64,000 nt of DNA from an uncultured Kangiellaceae bacterium (GTDB lineage Bacteria > Pseudomonadota > Gammaproteobacteria > Enterobacterales > Kangiellaceae), in the NCBI GenBank assembly GCA_905479925.1, contig CAJQOL010000055.1, forward strand, positions 9,257-73,256. The letters run 5' to 3'. Position numbers and translations under genes: made by a program. Under the pieces are notes generated by a model. It searched no databases. It saw only the letters and a list, made by a program, of their open reading frames with translations, and was not told the DNA's origin. Shown in pieces: positions 10,254-19,729 of this stretch. Each line of letters opens with the position of its first letter. Within the stretch, counting starts at the first letter, position 1.

Positions 10254-11441
10254 ATGTCTCAAGTGATCTATGAGTATTTGCTAGTTAAAAGTGTAGGCAT
10301 TTCAATACTAATGCTATTCGTTTTGGTTGCAAGGCTTCCTGCTCTAAAATATTCTAATGCAGCTATCGCCTATAGTCTTTGGTGGATATTACCTATTTAT
10401 CTGGTCTTGCCGATAAATTTAGTGGACTTAAGTTCTACCTCTCAAATAATGACTATTTTTGCGAGAGGCAGTCAGATGGTTATCGAGTTAAATAGTCTAA
10501 ATAATTTTAAGGAATATAGTATCTCGACAATAGTGACGACTATATGGAGTGCAGGGTTTATTTTTAGCATTGCACTTTATGTTCGTCAGTACCGTCTTTT
10601 GCATGCTAGTTTGCATTCTTTTAAGTTGGAAAGCTCGGCGGCTTCGAACCTTCAATTGAATAAACGTAAATCAATTAAGGTAGTGACTAGCAATCTAGTA
10701 AATTATCCTGCGGTATTTGGAGTTTTGAGCAACTATTTGATTGTTCCAAGCAACTTCAATCAGTTTCATTCCCAAAAACAAGAAATGATACTTCGTCATG
10801 AGCTCTATCACTTAAGTCGCAGGGATCACAAATCGAATGTCATTAGGGCCATAATAAAGTGTATATTCTGGTTTAATCCAGTAGTTTATTTTGTAGAACC
10901 TTTCTTCGAAATTGATCAAGAAATGTCCTGCGATCTAGGCGTCTTGCGGAAATCAAATAAGATTCAACGTAAGGTTTATGCCGAAGTACTACTCGACTCG
11001 GTAGCTGCTCTGCGACCTTACCCATTAATTAGTCAATGGAAATACCAATCGTTAATAAAGGAGAGATTCAAAATGTTAAATAAAACGAGCTCAAAAAAAT
11101 GGCATTCGTGGTTAGTTTGTATGTTGGCCGTTAGTTCTATATGGGTAACTAGCGGTACTGTTCTCGCCAAAAAGGAAACTTCGGTCGCCAAGGAAGCGCG
11201 CCCTGTCGTAATGATACAGCCTCGCTATCCTCGCGAAGCTGCCATTAATGGTGTGGAAGGCTGGGTAAAACTAAAATTAGATGTCGATTCTCAAGGTAAA
11301 CCAATAAATATTAGTGTTGTCGACGCAATGCCACAAGGAGTCTTTGAAAACGATGCGTTAAAGGCTATAGCCAAGTGGAGGTTTAGTCCTTTGGGAGAGC
11401 AAAAAAATATGGTTTATACCATGGAATTTAAAGTGGAGTAA
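10254..11441 (+). CDS. M56-family (BlaR1/MecR1-like) membrane metalloprotease fused to a TonB C-terminal domain
   Basis: 395 aa with N-terminal TM helices. M56 signature RHELYHLSRRDH...FWFNPVVYF (HEXXH at aa 182-186), then a further TM helix (aa ~283-305). C-terminal segment PRYPREAAINGVEGWVKLKLDVDSQGKPINISVVDAMPQGVFENDALKAIAKWRFSP is typical of the TonB_C fold. Confidence 0.75.
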   Translation: MSQVIYEYLLVKSVGISILMLFVLVARLPALKYSNAAIAYSLWWILPIYLVLPINLVDLSSTSQIMTIFARGSQMVIELNSLNNFKEYSISTIVTTIWSAGFIFSIALYVRQYRLLHASLHSFKLESSAASNLQLNKRKSIKVVTSNLVNYPAVFGVLSNYLIVPSNFNQFHSQKQEMILRHELYHLSRRDHKSNVIRAIIKCIFWFNPVVYFVEPFFEIDQEMSCDLGVLRKSNKIQRKVYAEVLLDSVAALRPYPLISQWKYQSLIKERFKMLNKTSSKKWHSWLVCMLAVSSIWVTSGTVLAKKETSVAKEARPVVMIQPRYPREAAINGVEGWVKLKLDVDSQGKPINISVVDAMPQGVFENDALKAIAKWRFSPLGEQKNMVYTMEFKVE

Positions 11442-11658
11442 CTCGGTCGTTTGTAAAACAGATATAAGGTCTCAGTTGATATTTTCTAGGGGTAGGCAAC
11501 ACTGACGAATTTTCAGAGTTGCTCTACTTCAGCAGCCTTTACCCAGTGAAGTGAAACCATTTGAAACAACGTGGAAAACTTTCGTCGATTCTCAGTTAAG
11601 TAAACATGATGAACCTGGCTTTAAGGGAGGCTCCTATTATTTATTTCGAGAGGTATTC

Positions 11659-12141
11659 ATGACAAGTTTCTTCAAAGCTTTACAAATTGTAATTTACGCT
11701 GCTTTATTTCTGCCTGGCTGCGCACACCACGAATTTCGTTATTTAGACGACAACCTTTCAGACAGAGTTGATCTGGCGAAGGCTGTATTGGGTGACGGTG
11801 TGGTTTATTTTGATACCTCTAATTATGGCAAGATCGCTAAGCTTAACAATACTGCTGACCTGCGAAGCTATAATGAAAACCTCCGGATAACAGTGCAATC
11901 AGACCTTGTTGAGACAATAAACCAAGCAAGTGAAGGGGGCAAGTTGGCTATTTCGGGGATTGAGTCTGAAGATACCTTCTTTGCGGTTCGAGACGCTTTT
12001 TTGTCTCTAGAAAAAAGCCTATCAAAGGAAATGTCTGTTTTATACATCGGTCAATCTCGTTTCTCAGCTAGAATTCGAAAAATTGTTGAAGAATCAGGTG
12101 CGAAGTATTATTTTTCCAAAATGCCAGCGACTATTAAATAG
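11659..12141 (+). CDS. Hypothetical secreted protein or lipoprotein
   Basis: An internal ATG at 11659 with GAGAGG upstream gives MTSFFKALQIVIYAALFLPGC. This is a signal peptide with a lipobox-like LPGC (Pro at -2 is atypical). The 36 aa that the track start at 11551 adds ahead of the signal peptide look spurious. No recognisable family. Confidence 0.45.
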   Translation: MTSFFKALQIVIYAALFLPGCAHHEFRYLDDNLSDRVDLAKAVLGDGVVYFDTSNYGKIAKLNNTADLRSYNENLRITVQSDLVETINQASEGGKLAISGIESEDTFFAVRDAFLSLEKSLSKEMSVLYIGQSRFSARIRKIVEESGAKYYFSKMPATIK

Positions 12142-12327
12142 TGACCGCTTAGCCTGCTGATAAAAAATAGCTGTAGCATCAGGCGAGCCTCGCCAGCCGC
12201 ATTGCTGTAACACTATCAATGTGGCTAGATATTACTAGAAATTATTTGTATAGCACGAACAGTGGTGTATCTTTGCTGTTTAAATTCATCCTTTATCTAA
12301 ATTGAATGAGACGAAGAGCCTTTACTT

Positions 12328-13542
12328 ATGAAACCGATATCTCGTTCAAATAAACTCCATGGCATTTGCTATGATATCCGTGGTCCGGTATTGGATGAAG
12401 CCAAGCGATTAGAAGACGAAGGACAGCAAATCCTAAAGCTCAATATTGGCAACCCCGCACCTTTTGGTTTTGACGCACCAGACGATATTCTTAAGGATGT
12501 AATCCATAACTTACCTTCTGCTCAAGGGTATTGTGACTCTAACGGTATCTACTCTGCAAAAGTAGCTATTCATCAGTACTACCAAATGCGCTCCATTGAA
12601 AACATAAATGTGGATGACATTTATTTAGGTAATGGTGTTAGCGAGTTAATTATGATGTCTATGCAGGCTTTACTAAACGTCGATGATGAAGTGCTCATTC
12701 CAAGTCCAGATTACCCGCTTTGGACCGCTTCGGTTAAGCTTTCAGGGGGCAAGCCTGTCCATTACCGCTGTGACGAGCAAGCTGACTGGTTTCCCGATAC
12801 AAGTGATATCAAAAAGAAAATTAGTTCGCGAACCAAAGCGATTGTGCTAATTAACCCAAATAATCCTACTGGGGCGGTTTATTCAAAGGAGCTGCTCGAA
12901 TCGATCATTGAAATTGCAAGAGAACATCAGCTAATTATCCTGAGCGATGAGATCTATGACAAAATTCTATATGGTGAAGCTAAACATACCTCGATCGCTG
13001 CGTTATGTGACGACGTAATATGCGTTACTTTTAGTGGTTTATCTAAGAATTATCGAGTAGCAGGGTTTCGCGTAGGCTGGATGCTGTTATCAGGTCCGTT
13101 ATCCTATGCTAAGAATTATGTTCAGGGGTTGGATATGCTTTCGTCAATGAGGTTGTGCGCAAATGTGCCAATGCAGCACGCGGTTCAAACTGCATTAGGA
13201 GGGTTTCAAAGCATAGAAAAACTAATTGCTAAAGGAGGCCGTTTGGAGCAACAAATGAATTTGAGCTATGAGTTGATTAACGACATTCCGGGAATTTCCT
13301 GTGTTAAACCAAAGGGGGCTTTGTACCTTTTCCCCAAAATTGATATTAAGAAATTCAATATCAAAGATGACGAACAATTTGTTTTTGATTTTCTTCAACA
13401 GAAAAAAGTGCTATTGGTTCATGGTAGAGGTTTCAATTGGCACAAGCCCGATCATTTCAGATTGGTTTTTCTACCGCACCAAGAGCAACTGACTCAAGCT
13501 ATAAATGCTTTAGCAGCATTTACGCAAGGTTATCAGCAATAA
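12328..13542 (+). CDS. alaA: PLP-dependent glutamate-pyruvate (alanine) aminotransferase, AlaA/AlaC type
   Basis: 404 aa, collinear with E. coli AlaA from memory: KLNIGNPAPFGFDAP, INPNNPTGAVYSKELL, SGLSKNYRVAGFR, MRLCANVP. Confidence 0.85.
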   Translation: MKPISRSNKLHGICYDIRGPVLDEAKRLEDEGQQILKLNIGNPAPFGFDAPDDILKDVIHNLPSAQGYCDSNGIYSAKVAIHQYYQMRSIENINVDDIYLGNGVSELIMMSMQALLNVDDEVLIPSPDYPLWTASVKLSGGKPVHYRCDEQADWFPDTSDIKKKISSRTKAIVLINPNNPTGAVYSKELLESIIEIAREHQLIILSDEIYDKILYGEAKHTSIAALCDDVICVTFSGLSKNYRVAGFRVGWMLLSGPLSYAKNYVQGLDMLSSMRLCANVPMQHAVQTALGGFQSIEKLIAKGGRLEQQMNLSYELINDIPGISCVKPKGALYLFPKIDIKKFNIKDDEQFVFDFLQQKKVLLVHGRGFNWHKPDHFRLVFLPHQEQLTQAINALAAFTQGYQQ

Positions 13543-13697
13543 ATCGATCTAATGAAAAACGTGGCTAGTCGCTCTAAAACTAGATATGGCTTGAGTTAGG
13601 CAGTTGCACTTGCAATTAGGTGTTCTGTCCTTCATTCTTCTTTTCTAGATGATTAACTCACTGATTTATCATAAAGAAAAATACGGTCGAAATAGCT

Positions 13698-14342
13698 ATG
13701 CATGTAGTCTCAGAAGACATCTCATTTGACGGTCCGTCCGGATCTATAGAAGGTTTGTTGGATAGTCCCCACGATAATGCCGTTGAAAGTCCTTTTGTGT
13801 CAGTATGTTGCCACCCGCATCCTCAACATGGCGGCGCAATGACGAATAAAGTGATATATACCGCGTCTCGCTCGTTAGCGGCATTGGGAATGGTTAGTCT
13901 GCGCTTTAATTTTCGCGGTGTAGGGAAAAGCGCGGGAAGTTATGCCGACGGAGTCGGTGAGCAAGACGATCTCACCGCCGCAGTCAACTGGATGAAAGAG
14001 CGATATCCTAACAAACAGCTGATATTAGCTGGCTTTTCATTTGGTGCTTATATTACAGCAATGCAGTCAAGCGCTCTTGGCTGTGACGCGTTAATTAGTA
14101 TTGCACCTCCAGTTGGTAGAATTGAATTTACGGGTTTCAAAGAGCCCCAAGTTCCTTGGATTGTGATTCAAGGGGAGCAGGATGAGCTAGTTGATTATCA
14201 ATTGGTTACGCGTTGGGTAGGCCAGCGTAATCCTATTCCGAGCCTCTATAGCATGCCCGAAGCAAGTCACTTTTTTCACGGAAAGCTAGTTCAACTCAGA
14301 GAAGCTATCACCGAATTTTGTTTATCGAACCTTTCTGTGTAA
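13698..14342 (+). CDS. Alpha/beta-fold hydrolase (COG2945-like)
   Basis: 214 aa. CHPHPQHGGAMTNKV motif, nucleophile elbow GFSFGA, C-terminal His. Confidence 0.6.
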   Translation: MHVVSEDISFDGPSGSIEGLLDSPHDNAVESPFVSVCCHPHPQHGGAMTNKVIYTASRSLAALGMVSLRFNFRGVGKSAGSYADGVGEQDDLTAAVNWMKERYPNKQLILAGFSFGAYITAMQSSALGCDALISIAPPVGRIEFTGFKEPQVPWIVIQGEQDELVDYQLVTRWVGQRNPIPSLYSMPEASHFFHGKLVQLREAITEFCLSNLSV

Positions 14343-14413
14343 AATCCATACTACAAACAGAGTTTGTTTATCGAACCGGTTAGATGCCATAGATAAATAA
14401 ATTACATGGAATG

Positions 14414-14439
14414 AAATGGAGCTCTATTAGCTCCATTTT
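14414..14439 (+). terminator. Candidate terminator hairpin after the hydrolase gene
   Basis: AAATGGAGC-tctatta-GCTCCATTT followed by only a short T-run. It lies 14 nt before the zapE start. Confidence 0.4.
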
Positions 14440-14453
14440 AAGGCCTATTAAAA

Positions 14454-15617
14454 ATGCCTCATTGTCACTCAGTGACTAAGCAACACTATTCGGACTCGAA
14501 ACTTGCAATGACCAAAAAGCCGATAAAAAAGCTCAAAGATATCTATATGTGTGATGTATCTTCCGGAGAATATAGCGAAGATGCGCAACAGCTAGCGGCT
14601 CTCGAAAAACTCGATGACTTATTGCTTAGGCTTGTTGAATCTGAAGAACCTCAAACCTTAGTAGGGCGAATTTCCTCGATGTTTGGCGCCAATAACGCGC
14701 CAATTCAGGGATTGTATTTTTGGGGTGGCGTTGGTCGAGGAAAAACTTATCTGATGGATATGTTTTTTGACCATTTACCCATTAAGAAAAAGATGCGGCT
14801 ACACTTCCATCGCTTTATGCATCAAACTCACGAACAGTTAACCGATTTTAAAGGGCAACAGGACCCTTTGCTATTGATTGCGGATGAACTGGCAAGTAAT
14901 ACTAAAGTCATTTGTTTTGATGAGTTTTTTGTAAAGGATATTACAGATGCAATGATATTAGGGGGGCTTTTTCAGGCGCTATTAGCTAGGGGCGTTAGTT
15001 TGGTAGCGACTTCAAATATAATGCCTGAGCGACTTTATTGGAATGGCCTTCAACGAGAGCGGTTTATTCCAGCAATCAAATTAATAGAAAAACATTGTGA
15101 TATCGTTAATTTGGACAGCGGGATTGATTATCGTCTACGGACTTTAGAACAAGCGGATATTTTTCACTGCCCGCATGATCAAGAGGCTATTGATAACTTG
15201 AATCATAGCTTTGACCACCTGGCTACCGAAGAGATGCCACCGGGGGTAAACATAGATGTTGAGCATCGCCCCATCAAAACCATTAGATGTGCTGAAGGCG
15301 TTATTTGGTTTAGTTTTGAGGCGATCTGCGAGACCGCAAGAAGTCAAACCGATTACATCGAGATCTCGCGATGTTATCAAACCGTTATGGTCAGCGATAT
15401 TCCGCAACTGGAAAGTAAAGATGATTCAGCGATGAGGCGATTTATTAGTTTGGTTGACGAGTTTTATGAACGGCATGTTAACTTAATGATAACAGCAGCA
15501 GTAGAGTTAGAGGATCTATATACCGGTCAATTGTTAGCTTTTGAGTTTAAACGAACTTTGAGCCGATTACAGGAAATGCAGTCCCATGATTATTTGGCGT
15601 TAGAACATTTGGCTTAA
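14454..15617 (+). CDS. zapE: Cell division protein ZapE (AFG1-like ATPase, YhcM)
   Basis: 387 aa. Walker A WGGVGRGKT, plus CFDEFFVKDITDAMILGGL and SRLQEMQS, collinear with E. coli ZapE. An alternative start at 14508 is possible. Confidence 0.9.
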   Translation: MPHCHSVTKQHYSDSKLAMTKKPIKKLKDIYMCDVSSGEYSEDAQQLAALEKLDDLLLRLVESEEPQTLVGRISSMFGANNAPIQGLYFWGGVGRGKTYLMDMFFDHLPIKKKMRLHFHRFMHQTHEQLTDFKGQQDPLLLIADELASNTKVICFDEFFVKDITDAMILGGLFQALLARGVSLVATSNIMPERLYWNGLQRERFIPAIKLIEKHCDIVNLDSGIDYRLRTLEQADIFHCPHDQEAIDNLNHSFDHLATEEMPPGVNIDVEHRPIKTIRCAEGVIWFSFEAICETARSQTDYIEISRCYQTVMVSDIPQLESKDDSAMRRFISLVDEFYERHVNLMITAAVELEDLYTGQLLAFEFKRTLSRLQEMQSHDYLALEHLA

Positions 15618-15661
15618 TCGATATCGTTATATTACAGATTGAGCATTAAATAAATAAAGTT

Positions 15662-15685
15662 TCTGCCTCCATTATCGGAGGCAGA
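15662..15685 (-). terminator. Rho-independent terminator of the HU-like gene
   Basis: TCTGCCTCC-attatc-GGAGGCAGA is a perfect 9-bp stem. The T-rich tract follows only in the minus-strand reading direction. Confidence 0.7.
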
Positions 15686-15702
15686 AAGGGTAGCGCAAAA
15701 GA

Positions 15703-16038
15703 CTAGACAGCCATATCCTTTAATTTCTTTAAAGGACGCACTTTAACTTGAGTTGAAGCTGGTTTAGCTTTAAACATAGTTTCTTCACCAGTAAAAGGGT
15801 TGATACCTTTACGAGCTTTAGTGGCTTTCTTCTTAACGGTAGTGATCTTTAGCATTCCAGGTAAGACAAACTCTCCACATGCACGCTTTTTAATGTGACG
15901 CTCGATAACATCACCTAACTCATCAATAACAGAAGATACTTGCTTTTTGCTCAATTCTGTTGATTCTGCAATTTCTGCAATAATCTGAGTTTTTGTATAA
16001 CGGTCTTTAATGAGTTTTGGTTTTTTAGCTGTAGCCAT
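15703..16038 (-). CDS. HU/IHF-family DNA-binding protein with a Lys-rich N-terminal extension
   Basis: 111 aa. HU-fold pattern TKTQIIAEIAESTELSKKQVSSVIDEL, and a beta-arm RKGINPFTGEETMFKAKP. Confidence 0.7.
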   Translation of the reverse strand: MATAKKPKLIKDRYTKTQIIAEIAESTELSKKQVSSVIDELGDVIERHIKKRACGEFVLPGMLKITTVKKKATKARKGINPFTGEETMFKAKPASTQVKVRPLKKLKDMAV

Positions 16039-16477
16039 TTATAGTTCCTACTTTTCGGTTATATAGATAAGTTTCACAGAGAAATATGCTTTCCTTAAAG
16101 AAAGTCATTTTCTTAATTCGCTTTTTACCGGAGTTTTAAGCCTAAATAAAGCAAATATTAGCTTTAAACCAATAAAAACAACCTTCTTTGGGATATCTTA
16201 CAAATTATCGAATAAATTGGTGCTTTTTTGATCAAAATAGCGCACAATGCGCCCCCTTTACGAATTCAGCCAAAATGGCACTCTCTATCAAGGTTATAAA
16301 GGCCGCAGATTAGTAAATAATCACCGCTTTTCCTGTTAGAAATCGTAATTTAAATAAAATTGACTATTTTTGTCGAAAATAGGTTGTGAATGGCAGGGGT
16401 TTTCTGTAAAATTCGCGCTCTTTTTTGAATGCAAGAAAGAATTAACAGGCAAAATCAAGCCCACATTGGAGCTAAGA

Positions 16478-16906
16478 ATGAGAACTTTTAGTGCAAAACC
16501 AGAGTCAGTACAACGCGAATGGTTCGTTGTAGACGCAGAAGGTAAAACACTTGGCCGTTTGGCAACTGAAATTGCGCGTCGATTACGTGGCAAACATAAA
16601 GCAGAATATACACCTCATGTTGATACAGGCGATTATATCGTTGTAGTTAACGCTGAGAAAGTTGCAGTAACGGGCAAAAAAGAAGCAGACAAGATGTACT
16701 ACCGCCATACTGAATTCCCTGGTGGAATCAAAGGTATGACTCTTGGCGAACTTCGTGAAAAAGCGCCAGAGCGCATTTTACAAAAAGCCGTTAAAGGTAT
16801 GATCCCTAGCAATCCGCTAGGACGTGATTGCCTACGCAAATTGAAGATTTTTGTTGGTCCTGAGCATACGCATCAGGCACAGCAACCAAAAGAACTAAAC
16901 ATATAG
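16478..16906 (+). CDS. rplM: 50S ribosomal protein L13
   Basis: From the internal ATG at 16478, [53 protein letters not shown] aligns with E. coli L13 from residue 1. The longer track ORF (16370) adds a non-homologous extension. Confidence 0.97.
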   Translation: MRTFSAKPESVQREWFVVDAEGKTLGRLATEIARRLRGKHKAEYTPHVDTGDYIVVVNAEKVAVTGKKEADKMYYRHTEFPGGIKGMTLGELREKAPERILQKAVKGMIPSNPLGRDCLRKLKIFVGPEHTHQAQQPKELNI

Positions 16907-16919
16907 TTGGTGAATGAGA

Positions 16920-17312
16920 ATGGCTGATACACAATATTACGGAACAGGTCGTCGTAAGAGCTCTACAGCTAGAGTTTTCTTGCGTCCAGGTAACGGTACT
17001 ATCACTGTTAACCAACAACCTCTTGACGAATACTTTGGTCGTGAGACTTCAAGAATGGTTGTTCGTCAGCCACTTGACTTGACTGAAAACAACGAGAAAT
17101 TTGATGCATACGTGACTGTTAAAGGTGGCGGTGATACAGGACAGGCTGGTGCGATTCGCTTGGGTATTACTAGAGCTTTGATGGAATATGACAATGAATT
17201 ACGTCCATCGCTACGTGCTGCGGGTTATGTTACTCGTGACGCTCGTGCTGTTGAGCGTAAGAAAGTTGGTCTACATAAAGCACGTAAGAGACCTCAGTTC
17301 TCTAAGCGTTAA
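16920..17312 (+). CDS. rpsI: 30S ribosomal protein S9
   Basis: [20 protein letters not shown]...[18 protein letters not shown], 130 aa like E. coli S9. Start taken at the ATG at 16920. Confidence 0.97.
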   Translation: MADTQYYGTGRRKSSTARVFLRPGNGTITVNQQPLDEYFGRETSRMVVRQPLDLTENNEKFDAYVTVKGGGDTGQAGAIRLGITRALMEYDNELRPSLRAAGYVTRDARAVERKKVGLHKARKRPQFSKR

Positions 17313-17364
17313 TCGTATTTTTGGGAGTATTCCCAAAAGGTACGACTTTACAGAGCTTTTCAAG

Positions 17365-17400
17365 AAACAATCGGTTCAAACGGGCTGGTTGTTTTTTGTT
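17365..17400 (+). terminator. Probable Rho-independent terminator of rplM-rpsI
   Basis: AAACAATCGG-ttcaaacggg-CTGGTTGTTT forms 10 bp including 2 G-T wobbles, running into TTTTTTGTT. Confidence 0.55.
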
Positions 17401-17744
17401 ATCTACAGTAATGTAAATCTTAAAATCACCGTGAAATCATTTCAACCTTAAAAATTAGTTTCTGGTTAGCGATAGCTTATAGCTTCTCTTGCAAGTGAAC
17501 ATAGAAACTAGCAGACCTAGAATTTTCCAAAGCAGTATGCATTTATCTGCCGGCTCTTTTTTTAAAGAAGTTTGTCACCGTTTGAGTACCGACTCGGCCA
17601 GTTCAAATGACCCTTTATAAGCTTGGTGTTACCTTTAATAAACCGCAGTATCGTGACTTTTAACCTTGAATAGTTAGTCCGTTTTATTGGCGTGGAGTAT
17701 AGCAGCAGCCTAAGCTGGTTTGTTGCTCGCTTTCCCTCAATGGA

Positions 17745-18686
17745 TTATTCGGTTTTTACTTTTGCTTTCGCTTGGCGTTTTTCTCTTCGTTTGATTTCAT
17801 CGAGGTATAACTCTTTGCCGGCAGGTTGGCGTTTGAATCGTTTATAGCCCCAAAGATATTGCTCGGGCGAGGCTGTAATGAGTTGTTCTAATTGTCTGTT
17901 AAGACTTAGATTAAAATCTTCAAGCGACAGGTTACTACTATTAAAGTCCGGTTCCATTATACTGATATTGAATCCCTGATATGAGCTATCCCTTAGGCAG
18001 GTTCCAAACAGCAGTTTAGCATCTGTTTTTTGAATGAATCGATGTAACAATGTCATGGTATAGGCTGGGTGTCCAAAAAACGGACTGTAAATTCCAGAAT
18101 TTAGTCGTGGTGCTTGGTCAGGAAGAATCATCATCACACCTTGTTGGCGGAGAGCTTTGAGCATTTTCATAATACTCTTTGGCGAAGTATCGAAGGGTTT
18201 ACCTCCAAATTTTTGCCTAGCGTTTAACATGAGGCGGTTAAGCGGTTTGATTTTTGCGGGACTGTACATCGAAATAGCATCAAAGTTGAGTTGAAGCCAA
18301 TGCCAAAAAAATTCCCAGTTTCCAATGTGTGGCACGGCGATAATTGTCGGACGGCCATCGCCTCTATTTATTAATTCAGAACCAATATGCTGTATGAATT
18401 TAGAGCGAATAAACTCTTCATTACCCAGCCACGCGTATGCCGCTTCTTTAGTCATATAGAAATTCAGTTTTAGATAGTCAAGAGCAATCTCCTTATGTCG
18501 TTGCTCTGTATCCTTAGGAAAACATAGTTGTAAATTGCGCTTAATAACTCTGGTCGTTTGGTTATTGCTCCAGTAGGTTATTTTTGCAAATGTAGACGCC
18601 ATGAACAAGTAAATGCTCTCCGGGGTAACGTAGGCAACCCCAACAATTAATCGAGTTATAACATTTAGAAGCACGAGAACTCTCAT
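17745..18686 (-). CDS. Lipid A biosynthesis late acyltransferase family protein (LpxL/LpxM/LpxP-like)
   Basis: 313 aa with an N-terminal hydrophobic anchor and an acyltransferase HX4E motif in VPHIGNWEFFW. L, M and P subtypes cannot be distinguished by eye. Confidence 0.65.
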   Translation of the reverse strand: MRVLVLLNVITRLIVGVAYVTPESIYLFMASTFAKITYWSNNQTTRVIKRNLQLCFPKDTEQRHKEIALDYLKLNFYMTKEAAYAWLGNEEFIRSKFIQHIGSELINRGDGRPTIIAVPHIGNWEFFWHWLQLNFDAISMYSPAKIKPLNRLMLNARQKFGGKPFDTSPKSIMKMLKALRQQGVMMILPDQAPRLNSGIYSPFFGHPAYTMTLLHRFIQKTDAKLLFGTCLRDSSYQGFNISIMEPDFNSSNLSLEDFNLSLNRQLEQLITASPEQYLWGYKRFKRQPAGKELYLDEIKRREKRQAKAKVKTE

Positions 18687-18912
18687 TTTGTTTTTAAGCT
18701 ATTGTAACGCTATTTTTTACAAATAGGTTAGATGCGGTAATTTAAAATAGTTACTGAGGAGAATTGTTACTCAAGTTGGTAGTCGGTGTAACAGTTTATT
18801 CTATAGGTGATAGCGTTTCATTAACCTATAGCAAGCGCCAGGCACTAATTGTAAGTGTCGCTGAGGATAAATAACTTTGTCGTCAGTTATTGGTTTAGTG
18901 CATACTTTCACT

Positions 18913-19680
18913 ATGAATAAAATACACTTCGCTCATGCTAACGGTTTCCCTGCAAATTCCTACAGCCATTTTTTTAGCTACCTTAGCAGGTATGATATTG
19001 GGTCCATAAATACCATGGGGCATGCGAACTATCCTGTGTCTGAAAACCTATCTTTTCTAGCAGATGAACTTGTATCTTACATTTCTCGTAGTAATGATAA
19101 ACCTATTATTGGCATTGGTCATTCTTCTGGTGGGGCTGCTACATTATTAGCCGCCGCCAAACGCCCTGATCTTTTTAAGCAGGTCATCCTAATTGATCCG
19201 GTCCTACTAGGAAGTAAGAAACGTTTAGCGATTAAGCTATCAAAATTATTAGGTTTATGGAGTAGGTTTAGTCCTGCTAATAAAGCGAGAAAAAGGCGAA
19301 ATCGGTTTAAAGATAAGGCTGAAGCATTTCAGTACTATTCCACAAAGGCACTTTTCAAAGACTTTGATGAGAACTGTTTTAACGACTATATCGAGTACGG
19401 CTTAAAAGCTACGGGCCAAAATTATGAACTGCTTTTTTCGCCGATTGTTGAAGCCGATATTTTTGATAATGTGCCCACGTATATACCAAGAGATTTATCG
19501 CAAGTTAAGGCTACAATATTATACGCTAGTAATAGCAATTTGTTTGGTCAAACGGATGTTAATTGGTGGAAGAAAACTCATCCAGCATTTGAGTTGATAA
19601 GTTTTGAGGGGAATCATCTTTTTCCTTTAGAACAGCCGCAGGCCGCTGCAAAAGCAATTGATAAAATCATAAGCTCATAA
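18913..19680 (+). CDS. Alpha/beta-fold hydrolase
   Basis: Nucleophile elbow GIGHSSGG and a C-terminal GNHLFP. Start taken at the internal ATG (MNKIHFAHANGF); the track start is 18877. Confidence 0.6.
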   Translation: MNKIHFAHANGFPANSYSHFFSYLSRYDIGSINTMGHANYPVSENLSFLADELVSYISRSNDKPIIGIGHSSGGAATLLAAAKRPDLFKQVILIDPVLLGSKKRLAIKLSKLLGLWSRFSPANKARKRRNRFKDKAEAFQYYSTKALFKDFDENCFNDYIEYGLKATGQNYELLFSPIVEADIFDNVPTYIPRDLSQVKATILYASNSNLFGQTDVNWWKKTHPAFELISFEGNHLFPLEQPQAAAKAIDKIISS

Positions 19681-19729
19681 AATCATAAGATCATAGAATC
19701 ACAAAATCATAATTTCATAGCTTCAACGT
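19666..19729. repeat. 8-bp-period tandem repeat (consensus ATCATAAR), about 8 units
   Basis: Units read atcataag, ctcataaa, atcataag, atcataga, atcacaaa, atcataat, ttcatagc, ttcaacgt. The array spans the stop codons of the two convergent genes (hydrolase and pxpC). Confidence 0.8.

Noticed and set aside
9521-14453. Looked for mobile-element hallmarks around the accessory segments (9.5-14.4 kb, 17.3-23.8 kb, 32.4-36.5 kb, 57.4-64 kb): tRNA genes, integrase or transposase ORFs, flanking direct repeats.
   Set aside because: None found. There is no basis for calling these genomic islands or mobile elements, so they are described only as breaks in conserved synteny.
16336-16593. 85-aa minus-strand ORF, and the long N-terminal extension of the rplM track ORF (16370).
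   Set aside because: L13 homology begins exactly at the internal ATG at 16478. The upstream part is the rplM promoter and leader, so both are artefacts of open frames in AT-rich leader DNA.
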